A stretch of 64,000 nucleotides of DNA from the IMG/VR virus record IMGVR_UViG_3300044796_000394. One strand, 5' to 3'. This stretch comes from a virus (lineage: Duplodnaviria > Heunggongvirae > Uroviricota > Caudoviricetes). Of this stretch, positions 8,241 to 15,589 are shown piece after piece. The translations under genes and the position numbers were made by a program. The notes below the pieces were generated by a model that saw nothing but the letters and a program-made list of their open reading frames with translations, did not search any database and was not told where the DNA came from. How positions within the stretch are numbered: the first letter of the stretch is position 1; each line of letters opens with the position of its first letter.

Positions 8241-10232
8241 ATGAACAGTCAATTTGGTTTTGTCTGCGTTGGAGCAGGTTCGTCACGTGTTTCAGTCGGC
8301 AACCCCGTCTATAACGCCGATGAAACCATTGCTCTGATACGCAGAATGAAAGATTGTGATATTGTGGTTCTCCAAGAGTTGGGGATCACTGGCTACACTT
8401 GTCGCAATCTTTTCAGTCAAGAGCTTCTTATTAACTCTGCTGCACAGCAGGTTCAACGTGTCGCCGAAGCAACCAATTGGGTCAAAAATGGGATTCCCCC
8501 TCAATTGGTCTTTGTAGGCTGTCCCATATACGTTAACAACAATCTGTACAATTGCGCCGTAGCGATCCAAGACGGCGAAGTGATCGGTATCGTCCCGAAG
8601 CAGCACCTTCCCAATTACAAGGAATTTGAAGAAACTCGTTGGTTTCAACCCGGTTCTTCTAAGTTGCCACAATCCATTAAGTGGCAAGGCGAAACCGTCC
8701 CATTTGGCACTGATCTCCTATTTGACTTCGGCAACAATGTTGTCGTCGGTGTGGAAATTTGTGAAGATTTGTGGATGCCTATTCCGCCTAGTTCCCATCA
8801 GGCACAAGCGGGCGCAACCATTTTAGTTAACCTTTCGGCGTCCAATGAAACGGTTGCCAAAGCAGACTACCGTCGTGATTTGGTAGTTGGACAATCTGGC
8901 CGATGTATTGCCGCATACGTTTATTCGTCTGCCGGGCCTTCCGAATCGACAACAGACTTGATTTTCGGCGGTCACTGTATGATTGCCGAAAATGGGAGCC
9001 TCTTGAAACAGTCCAAGAGAGTTGGCGATGGATCAAAGCTGTCGTTCAATTCGCACTTCATCATGGGTGATGTTGATGTGCAAAAGATTATGTTTGAGAG
9101 ACGGCAAACTACAAGCTATGGCCAAGAAGTCAGGTTGAACTACCGCAGAATTAACGTTCGCTCACGACAAAAAACCAAAACATTACATCGCACCATTGAC
9201 AGTATGCCATTTGTTCCCAAAGACTCTGGTAAACTCAATGAACGATGTACGGAAATTTTCGCCTATCAAGTGGCCGGTCTTGCTTGTCGTCTCAACAGAA
9301 TAGGACGCTACAATCCTGTGATCGGTGTTTCGGGTGGTTTAGACTCCACTTTGGCGTTGCTTGTGTTAGCGAAAACGTTCGAAGCTCTTGGTATTGATCC
9401 CGGCAAGATCCAAGGAATCACGATGCCCGGTTTCGGTACCACCAGCCGGACGCTTGACAACGCTAAAAAGCTGATGGATCAATTGAAAATCAGCCAAACG
9501 ACCATTGACGTTTGTCATTTGAGTTTGGAAACATTCCGTCAGATGGGACACAAACCTTTCGGACTTTCGCCTTATCTGGAAATGGATAAATTTAAAGAAG
9601 CACTCAAAGGTTTAAAGAAACAAGATCGTCATGATCTTGTTTTTGAGAACGTTCAAGCGAGAGTGCGAACCCACTTCCTAATGAATCAGGGCTTCGTCGT
9701 TGGCACTGGCGACTTAACCGAAGCAGCGTTGGGTTGGTGCACGTTCAATGCTGACCATATGAGTATGTACAACCCCAATTGCTCTGTACCAAAGACATTG
9801 GTCAAGTTCCTAGTCAAATGGGCCGCTGAAAACGAATTCGACGGCAAAACACAAAAAACCCTGCTCGATATTGTTGATACGGAAATTTCGCCCGAATTGT
9901 TGCCGGTGGACAATGAGGGGAAAGCTCAATCTACCCAAGATACGTTGGGGGCTTTTGAGTTACATGACTTTTTCCTATTCAACATTATTCGGAATGGATT
10001 TTCACCGGATAAAGTGTTATTCTTAGCGGAATATGCCTTTGACGGTGCTTACAAAAAAGAAGTTATTCACAAGACGTTGAAGTTATTTTATGAAAAATTC
10101 TTCCGCAATCAGTTCAAACGAAATTGCGTTCCCGATGGTGTTAAAGTTGGATCTGTGAGTTTGTCGCCCCGTGGTGATTGGCGAATGTCTTCCGACTCCG
10201 ATCCCACTCTTTGGCTTAAGGAGCTACAGTAA
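8241..10232 (+). CDS. nadE: glutamine-dependent NAD+ synthetase
   Basis: N-terminal nitrilase domain with E-K-C triad (QELG, PKQHLPNY, EICEDLW); synthetase domain GVSGGLDSTLAL, ENVQAR, SLSPRGDWRM. Confidence 0.95.
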   Translation: MNSQFGFVCVGAGSSRVSVGNPVYNADETIALIRRMKDCDIVVLQELGITGYTCRNLFSQELLINSAAQQVQRVAEATNWVKNGIPPQLVFVGCPIYVNNNLYNCAVAIQDGEVIGIVPKQHLPNYKEFEETRWFQPGSSKLPQSIKWQGETVPFGTDLLFDFGNNVVVGVEICEDLWMPIPPSSHQAQAGATILVNLSASNETVAKADYRRDLVVGQSGRCIAAYVYSSAGPSESTTDLIFGGHCMIAENGSLLKQSKRVGDGSKLSFNSHFIMGDVDVQKIMFERRQTTSYGQEVRLNYRRINVRSRQKTKTLHRTIDSMPFVPKDSGKLNERCTEIFAYQVAGLACRLNRIGRYNPVIGVSGGLDSTLALLVLAKTFEALGIDPGKIQGITMPGFGTTSRTLDNAKKLMDQLKISQTTIDVCHLSLETFRQMGHKPFGLSPYLEMDKFKEALKGLKKQDRHDLVFENVQARVRTHFLMNQGFVVGTGDLTEAALGWCTFNADHMSMYNPNCSVPKTLVKFLVKWAAENEFDGKTQKTLLDIVDTEISPELLPVDNEGKAQSTQDTLGAFELHDFFLFNIIRNGFSPDKVLFLAEYAFDGAYKKEVIHKTLKLFYEKFFRNQFKRNCVPDGVKVGSVSLSPRGDWRMSSDSDPTLWLKELQ

Positions 10233-10504
10233 TGCAGATAGGCGATTTAATTGTTTTCAAAGAATCCAAATACTTCAAAGACCCATTTGTTGTGATGAGG
10301 GGCTTTAAGAACCAGAATGGCATTAATTATTCAGTTTCATCATTCGACGCTCGAATGATGATGACCATTCTTGAGCGTGAGTCCAAAAAAGTTGGACAAA
10401 TAGACGGTGACTCATTTTATGAAATCAAATCAAAGTGGGGCCACACGATTAGTGCTTATGCCACTTCGATGGTGTACCTAAGCGAAATCACATTCTCAGA
10501 TTGA
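10232..10504 (+). CDS. hypothetical protein
   Basis: TAATG coupling to nadE. Confidence 0.6.
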   Translation: MQIGDLIVFKESKYFKDPFVVMRGFKNQNGINYSVSSFDARMMMTILERESKKVGQIDGDSFYEIKSKWGHTISAYATSMVYLSEITFSD

Positions 10505-10559
10505 TTTAACTGACGATTTAAGTTATAGTAGTACCATCTACTCGGCGAAAGGGATTTAT

Positions 10560-11096
10560 ATGAGCGAACCCAAACCAAAAACGTGGCAGGATTACTTGCC
10601 AGCAGAGGAACGTCGCAAGTATGAAGAAGAGCGACGAGAACACCTTAAGCGATTGGACGATGAAACCTTTCGTGAAATTCAAGCATTGGTTGACGGTTTA
10701 CCCGATAAAAAAGGTGAAAAAGTGAGTCCATTTTATACGCCAAACATCGCTAAGACTTACCCCTATGCGGAAGCAAGGGTGGCTGTGGAAGAAACAGCAA
10801 AAGAAGAAAAAGTTAAGCCTTCTCTCACCATGAAGATGATGCAGGAAGCAAAGGAATTGTCGAGTAAGGGGATGAGCGAACATGCCATCTCAAAGCAAAT
10901 TGAAAAATCAGAAGGTTGGGTCAAAGGAAGTTTGTTAATTCTTAACAAACTTCCGCCATCTGTTCATCAAGCAATTGAAAGCAATCAATTGAGCAGAATT
11001 GCTGCCCTACAATTGCTTTTGTGTCCTCCGGATAAACTTGAAAAAGTTGTCGAGGGACTTGTGAAATTGTATGCCATAGAAGGCACGAAACTTTAA
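10560..11096 (+). CDS. HTH protein resembling the ParB/KorB DNA-binding domain
   Basis: GMSEHAISKQIEKSEGWVKGSLLILNKLPPSVHQAIESNQLS pattern. Confidence 0.6.
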   Translation: MSEPKPKTWQDYLPAEERRKYEEERREHLKRLDDETFREIQALVDGLPDKKGEKVSPFYTPNIAKTYPYAEARVAVEETAKEEKVKPSLTMKMMQEAKELSSKGMSEHAISKQIEKSEGWVKGSLLILNKLPPSVHQAIESNQLSRIAALQLLLCPPDKLEKVVEGLVKLYAIEGTKL

Positions 11097-11410
11097 CCCA
11101 TCATGCCCATGCCCATACCCATAAGTCGCCTGCGTCTTCCACGAAGCATTTTCTTCGCTGGTGTTAAGGGCATCTTCATGAAGAACGACGAACAATCACC
11201 AACAAACTTGGTGCATTCTGCCTGTGTTGAAAACGAATTGATTGCTATCCATTTGGCTGTTGGCAATTTATTCTTGAAGCACTGACACTTATTGTTGTCG
11301 TCTGGGTTGTTGCCTAGAATCCAAGGTTTGAGTTGAGCCTTTTTCATTTGGGCCTTCATCTTACCTTTTTTCATCTTGGCTTTTTTCATTCGCTTTTTCT
11401 TAGGCATCAT
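11093..11410 (-). CDS. small, very basic K/R/M-rich late protein
   Basis: AGGAGG SD and upstream TATATA on minus strand; K-rich N-terminus, MGMGMG C-terminus. Confidence 0.65.
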   Translation of the reverse strand: MMPKKKRMKKAKMKKGKMKAQMKKAQLKPWILGNNPDDNNKCQCFKNKLPTAKWIAINSFSTQAECTKFVGDCSSFFMKMPLTPAKKMLRGRRRRLMGMGMGMMG

Positions 11411-11456
11411 AAGCCTCCTGTTTCGTAAAAATATATACGGTAGAAAGTATCAAAAC

Positions 11457-11927
11457 ATGAAAGACGACATCGAGAAGGCTGGAAGTGTTAACGAAGCATT
11501 GGAGATTTTGTTCAGTGGTGGAGCATTGCCTACTCCCCAATCAACGCAAATCAATGAACTTAAAGACTCAATTCTTGTGTCTGCTGTTCAAACATTCATT
11601 CAAATGATGCCAAGATTTCTGTCGCTGACAGACGATCAGAAGAAGGAATTTATCGGCGCATTAATGTGCTATCATTCCCAAGAAACTGATCCCATCGTCA
11701 GAAATGAGGCATTCTATGTCTTGTACGAATATCTGCTCGATGCCCCACCAGCAGCACAAGAAGAGATACCTGAACCGCAAAAAACCATAGAGCGTTTTGA
11801 AGCGTCAACAACGCCATGCGAAGATTGTCAAGAAATCCCAACCAACAGAATTAAGTTCACTGAAAAGAACCGATCAGAAGAGCATTTCTTGTGCGAAAGA
11901 TGTGAAGAATCAACACGACACGAATAA
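11457..11927 (+). CDS. hypothetical protein with C-terminal zinc ribbon
   Basis: CEDC...CERC; start moved to ATG 11457 to avoid overlap. Confidence 0.6.
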   Translation: MKDDIEKAGSVNEALEILFSGGALPTPQSTQINELKDSILVSAVQTFIQMMPRFLSLTDDQKKEFIGALMCYHSQETDPIVRNEAFYVLYEYLLDAPPAAQEEIPEPQKTIERFEASTTPCEDCQEIPTNRIKFTEKNRSEEHFLCERCEESTRHE

Positions 11928-11936
11928 GGATGTTCC

Positions 11937-12122
11937 ATGAAAGATTTTCTAAAGGCTTGCAAACTTTCCTTGGGATGTTTAGGATTTTATTTCTGGTGTG
12001 TATTAATTGCGTTGCCGATTTTTGGATTGAATAACTTTGGAAACTATGGTATAGTGATGTTCGTACTTTGTGCTTTGATGTTTCCCTTACAAGTGTTAAA
12101 CAGGCTCAAATATGGCGACTAA
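11937..12122 (+). CDS. small membrane protein
   Basis: AAGGA SD; two hydrophobic segments. Confidence 0.55.
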   Translation: MKDFLKACKLSLGCLGFYFWCVLIALPIFGLNNFGNYGIVMFVLCALMFPLQVLNRLKYGD

Positions 12123-12345
12123 ATTTTTATGCATAGGTGGCCCACTAGATAAGGTGCGAGCAACCAGCGAAGAATTAGCAATACGGATGCCAGAATATAA
12201 CTCAGTGTATACTTCTTATAACTGTAGTTATCGCATTCGTCGTCCCAATAAAAAAATGATCGAGAATGCCAAAGAATCTGGCAGACCGGTGTTAACTTCC
12301 GCAATTATGGTTCACAATAGTGTGTTCCAAGTAAAGCCCATGTGA
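12112..12345 (+). CDS. hypothetical protein
   Basis: LCIGGPLD N-terminal motif common in small phage proteins; stop overlaps tRNA 5' end. Confidence 0.55.
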   Translation: MATKFLCIGGPLDKVRATSEELAIRMPEYNSVYTSYNCSYRIRRPNKKMIENAKESGRPVLTSAIMVHNSVFQVKPM

Positions 12346-12419
12346 TGGAACTGGCAGACTTCACGGTTCGAGAAGCCGTGGCTCTTTTGAGCGTGCAGGT
12401 TCGAAGCCTGTCATGGGCA
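12336..12419 (+). tRNA. tRNA-Leu(GAG), atypical C33/A37, no encoded CCA
   Basis: Acceptor GCCCATG/CATGGGC, A73, Leu-type D loop GGAACTGGCAGA, anticodon arm ACGGT-TCGAGAA-GCCGT, variable hairpin GCTC-TTTT-GAGC, T arm GCAGG-TTCGAAG-CCTGT. Confidence 0.85.
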
Positions 12420-12448
12420 CTGTTTTCCCCTTTTATCGGAGTATGATT

Positions 12449-12739
12449 ATGAATCTTGAACTTTGCGCCTCGTTCGCCGAAGCTGTGTTTCCCGCCGACG
12501 CTGTCGCCCGTGAGAACCTTTTCGAAAACGCCAAGTTGGGCCGCTTCAAAGACTTCGATGAAGCCATCATGCAGCAAGCTGTGGACTTCTATGCTGAAGG
12601 CGTCAGATCGGGTGGTGTTAAGTTCCCCACTCTGTTCTGCCAAGATGTTCAGGCCGCTCTCCCAACCCACGACAAACAGAACTTCAAGATCCTTGCGCAC
12701 GTCGCCCAATGCGAATGCTGCCAGCAAAAAGTCAGCTAA
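12449..12739 (+). CDS. hypothetical protein
   Basis: GGAG SD; C-terminal HxxxCxCC. Confidence 0.6.
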   Translation: MNLELCASFAEAVFPADAVARENLFENAKLGRFKDFDEAIMQQAVDFYAEGVRSGGVKFPTLFCQDVQAALPTHDKQNFKILAHVAQCECCQQKVS

Positions 12740-12742
12740 GTA

Positions 12743-12873
12743 GGTATCCGGTGTGAGCATGGGACTCACTCCTGTAGGTATTACTGGACTTGGGATAGAC
12801 CCAAGCTGCTCGAAAGGCGGAAGACCGGTGCAACTCCGGAAATGACAAAAGGTTCGATTCCTTTCGGATGCTA
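12743..12873 (+). ncRNA. tRNA-like structured RNA (acceptor stem, D-like arm, four internal hairpins, T arm)
   Basis: GGTATCCG/CGGATGCT terminal stem plus A; GTGAG/CTCAC hairpin; AAAGG-TTCGATT-CCTTT T arm; intergenic within the tRNA array. Confidence 0.75.
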
Positions 12874-12876
12874 CTT

Positions 12877-13182
12877 ATGAAACCTCGCATCATGTATGTT
12901 GAAAACAAAGCGACCGGCGAAGCTCATATCGGAAGAGTGAGCTTTTCTAAAACCGGTCGCACGGTTTACTACAACAGCAAAAGCCTATCCAATCTTGGCG
13001 GAAGAGGCTTTAAAGCCAATCACTACGACATTGACACACACGAAGAGTATTGGGTGTCCGGGCCTCACAAAGATGGCAATGACAAACTGTACGGTGGACA
13101 GAAGGGCGTTGTAATAGACGCCGACGTTTGGGACGAGTATTGGATAGAGATAAGGGGATTGAAAGAGATTCCCAAACGTTAA
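12877..13182 (+). CDS. conserved small hypothetical protein
   Basis: RIMYVE...IGRVSFSKTGRTVYY...GFKANHYD...EYWVSGP..DG.D.LYG family, recognised from memory. Confidence 0.75.
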   Translation: MKPRIMYVENKATGEAHIGRVSFSKTGRTVYYNSKSLSNLGGRGFKANHYDIDTHEEYWVSGPHKDGNDKLYGGQKGVVIDADVWDEYWIEIRGLKEIPKR

Positions 13183-13191
13183 TATGTTTGA

Positions 13192-13265
13192 GTCGGGGTA
13201 GCCCAACGGCAGGAGGCGACACACTCAAAATGTGTACAGTGTGGGTTCGAATCCCACCCTCGATA
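13192..13265 (+). tRNA. tRNA-Leu(CAA) with short variable region
   Basis: GTCGGGG/CCTCGAT acceptor, ACACA-CTCAAAA-TGTGT, 5-nt variable ACAGT, GTGGG-TTCGAAT-CCCAC, A73. Confidence 0.9.
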
Positions 13266-13371
13266 TTATGAAGAAGTTTATTAAATACACTTGTAATGTT
13301 GCTCGCAATGCGGTTTGTCTTTATTTTCGTCCGATCACGGCAACAATTCAATTTGTCAAAAAGAAGTTAAG

Positions 13372-13554
13372 ATGAAACCAACAGATAAAGAACATGAATG
13401 TTTTACCAAATTAGATAATGGATCAATACCGGCGGGTAGAGATGTTGATGTTTATCGTATTGACGACAAAACAATTTTTGTCAGCTTCCCAAATGGTGGG
13501 CATATTAGGATTGTAAGCGAAACACCAATTAAGACATTTTGCAAACCTGAATAA
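13372..13554 (+). CDS. hypothetical protein
   Basis: 60-aa ORF inside tRNA array. Confidence 0.5.
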   Translation: MKPTDKEHECFTKLDNGSIPAGRDVDVYRIDDKTIFVSFPNGGHIRIVSETPIKTFCKPE

Positions 13555-13711
13555 CAAAAGAAGTTAAAATGATTACCGCAATGGTTATTTGTTTTGTTTG
13601 TATGGTTATTGGAGCGGCTACTGATAGCGATTTGGCAACGCTGGCTTTCATTATTTTTATGATTTTATTGGGCATAAAAATAATTAGTTTTATTAATTCT
13701 TAATATAATTT

Positions 13712-13787
13712 GGTCTCGTAACATAGTCTGGTCTAATGTGCCGATCTTATAAGTCGGATATCGAAAGTTCAAATCTTTCCGAGACTA
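13712..13787 (+). tRNA. tRNA-Ile(UAU)
   Basis: GGTCTCG/CGAGACT acceptor, ACAT/ATGT D stem, CCGAT-CTTATAA-GTCGG, GAAAG-TTCAAAT-CTTTC, A73. Confidence 0.9.
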
Positions 13788-13788
13788 C

Positions 13789-13860
13789 TGTCGTTTAGCT
13801 GAGTGGTAAAGCGTCTGTACGACATGCAGAAGATCATCGGTTCAATTCCGGTAACGACAA
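13789..13860 (+). tRNA. tRNA-Val(GAC), atypical A32/C33
   Basis: TGTCGTT/AACGACA acceptor, TCTGT-ACGACAT-GCAGA, ATCGG-TTCAATT-CCGGT, A73. Confidence 0.88.
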
Positions 13861-13864
13861 CTTT

Positions 13865-13936
13865 GGCTCGTTAGTATAACGGATAGTGCGGTTGTTTCCT
13901 AAACGACAAGCAGAGGTTCGACTCCTCTACGGGCTA
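13865..13936 (+). tRNA. tRNA-Arg(CCU)
   Basis: GGCTCGT/ACGGGCT acceptor, GTTGT-TTCCTAA-ACGAC, AGAGG-TTCGACT-CCTCT; D loop carries GGA (A20 Arg identity). Confidence 0.9.
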
Positions 13937-13941
13937 CTTAT

Positions 13942-14017
13942 GCCTTCGTAATGGCCCCGGTTTCTACCCGGAAGGTGCATAACTGGAATTATACAGGTTC
14001 GACTCCTGTCGAGGGTG
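13942..14017 (+). tRNA. rearranged tRNA-Arg(UCU)-like RNA lacking a canonical D arm
   Basis: GCCTTCG/CGAGGGT acceptor, G73, CCGG-TTTCTAC-CCGG anticodon arm only 8 nt after the acceptor strand, ACAGG-TTCGACT-CCTGT T arm. Confidence 0.7.
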
Positions 14018-14036
14018 CTGGTTTCAATTAACGGAG

Positions 14037-14327
14037 ATGATTATTATGATGAAGAATATTTTGATCGCATTGGCAGTTATCGCAGGTGTGGCATTCACCA
14101 CTTCTGCTGCTTCCGCACAACATCGCTATCCCCCAAGAGGTGGTGCTGTTGTTGTAGTTAGACCGCCAGTATATGCCCCACCTGTCGTTGTAGTTCGCCC
14201 ACCAGTTTATAATTATAACTACAATTATGGCTATAACTACAACTATGGTTTCTACAATCCGTACTATAATCCATTCATATACGGCAATTCTTTTTACGGT
14301 AGTTCCTTTTTCTTCCGTATTCGTTAA
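14037..14327 (+). CDS. secreted Pro/Tyr/Asn-rich low-complexity protein
   Basis: GGAG SD; signal peptide ending ASA; VVVVRPPVY twice; YNYNY tract. Confidence 0.7.
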   Translation: MIIMMKNILIALAVIAGVAFTTSAASAQHRYPPRGGAVVVVRPPVYAPPVVVVRPPVYNYNYNYGYNYNYGFYNPYYNPFIYGNSFYGSSFFFRIR

Positions 14328-14332
14328 ACTTC

Positions 14333-14361
14333 AAAAAACCCGGTTTTAGCCGGGTTTTTTT
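14333..14361. terminator. intrinsic terminator
   Basis: A6-CCCGGTT-loop-GCCGGG-T7. Confidence 0.85.
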
Positions 14362-14376
14362 ACTTCATGGTGATAT

Positions 14377-14643
14377 ATGGAAATTGTTTGGATATTGGCT
14401 TATTTGGTCTTTAATTTCACAATGGTGTTGTTTTTAGTTCGCTATAATTTAATTTCTAAAAAAGATTGCCTTCCGGTGTTATTAGCGTGGCCGTATTTAG
14501 TTTTGATGACAGTTGTTACGATATTAGCGGTCTTGATATCGATGCCATTTATGGTATTATATAGCTTAACAGCTCAACGTTGGTTGGGCGGCATTAATGA
14601 TGTCTTATGGCGACTAGGAAGTCGTCATTCTGATCAAGGATAG
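14377..14643 (+). CDS. membrane protein
   Basis: Two long hydrophobic segments. Confidence 0.6.
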   Translation: MEIVWILAYLVFNFTMVLFLVRYNLISKKDCLPVLLAWPYLVLMTVVTILAVLISMPFMVLYSLTAQRWLGGINDVLWRLGSRHSDQG

Positions 14644-14646
14644 CAA

Positions 14647-15333
14647 ATGGCGATTCAACTTGCCCGATCCACCCAATCGGTACCAGTCAAAATGGTAAAG
14701 GTTAAGTTCAATTACAAAATTGGCGAAACGGTCACATTCAAGTTGTGGAAAACAAGACACTACGGAATGATCCTTGCCCGTGAACAAAATTGGCACGGCG
14801 GCTTGAAAGTCTACAAAGTTCAAGTAGACAAATACAGAAGCCATTACGTTTACGAATCTGAAATACGTCGTACAAAACGTCGTCCTAAATACATCGTCAA
14901 AATTACTGAGATCCAATTCGAATCTTTGGGTGAAGGTTTACACATTTTCCCAAATCGCTGGATCAACTTAAACAAATCTGCAAGTAAATTCGGCTCGCTC
15001 ATTCGCAGGGCAATTCCACTTCGTCCAACATTGGATGATATTAAACTCCCCCCTCGTGTCCCCGAACCACGCATCGGCATTCCATACAGCAACATTGAAG
15101 ACATGGACAAAAATGCCGGTGTCTTAGTGATGGCTGTTTCTCTTGAAGGACCGGCATGGAAGGGTGGTTTGAGAGAGTGGGACATTATCGTTAAGATGGG
15201 CAGTCAAATTGTCCATAATAGAGCGGAATACACAATCGCACTCAGACACATGTACATCGGTCAGGCAATGGAAGTGACTGTGATACGTGATAAACAGCCT
15301 GTTCAATTGGTCATTGTCATTGAAGGGTTCTAA
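14647..15333 (+). CDS. protein with C-terminal PDZ domain
   Basis: RIGI...GVLVMAVSLEGPAWKGGLREWDIIVKMG...VTVIRDKQ (HtrA-type PDZ). Confidence 0.75.
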   Translation: MAIQLARSTQSVPVKMVKVKFNYKIGETVTFKLWKTRHYGMILAREQNWHGGLKVYKVQVDKYRSHYVYESEIRRTKRRPKYIVKITEIQFESLGEGLHIFPNRWINLNKSASKFGSLIRRAIPLRPTLDDIKLPPRVPEPRIGIPYSNIEDMDKNAGVLVMAVSLEGPAWKGGLREWDIIVKMGSQIVHNRAEYTIALRHMYIGQAMEVTVIRDKQPVQLVIVIEGF

Positions 15334-15524
15334 TCGTGTTTTTGCCAAAGCCAACATGCGACGAATTCTTGCCAGAAGAAGAACCTAAGCCCAAACCCAA
15401 ATTTGATTGGCGAAAGGTTCAAGAAGAAAAATTTAACACCAAAAAAGTTCCGCCTGAAATGTATCTCTCACAAGACGATCAGGGGGAATTTTCTTTTTGG
15501 CGATAAATTTTTCCATAATTTCTC

Positions 15525-15553
15525 TTGCTATTTGAAACAGGATGTGATACACT
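15525..15553 (+). promoter_or_regulatory. sigma70-like promoter
   Basis: TTGCTA-17nt-TACACT upstream of ATG 15590. Confidence 0.55.
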
Positions 15554-15589
15554 CATTTGGCGTTCACAACTTTCTTTCAAGGGGAAATC

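Noticed and set aside
1-10232. Bacterial chromosome segment or prophage boundary suggested by gdhA, ileS, rtcB, nadE
   Set aside because: The genes are interspersed with short phage-type ORFs, lack their usual bacterial neighbours, and run into a CCA-less tRNA array; no integrase or att site is visible.
12336-12419. tRNA-Ser(CGA) reading
   Set aside because: Stem register centres GAG; A73 and the D-loop pattern are Leu-type.
12743-12873. tmRNA, tRNA-Sec or cobalamin riboswitch
   Set aside because: Too short for tmRNA and lacks the Ala acceptor identity; no UCA anticodon arm; only the CGGTGCAA.TCCG T-loop motif resembles the riboswitch.
12877-13182. 1-deoxy-D-xylulose-5-phosphate synthase label often attached to this family
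   Set aside because: 101 aa with no TPP-binding motif; true DXS is about 600 aa.
13942-14017. Amber suppressor reading (CUA) of the rearranged tRNA and a recoded genome
   Set aside because: The CCGG/CCGG stem centres TCT in the 7-nt loop, and TAG terminates genes normally here (e.g. 7214, 14643, 52814).
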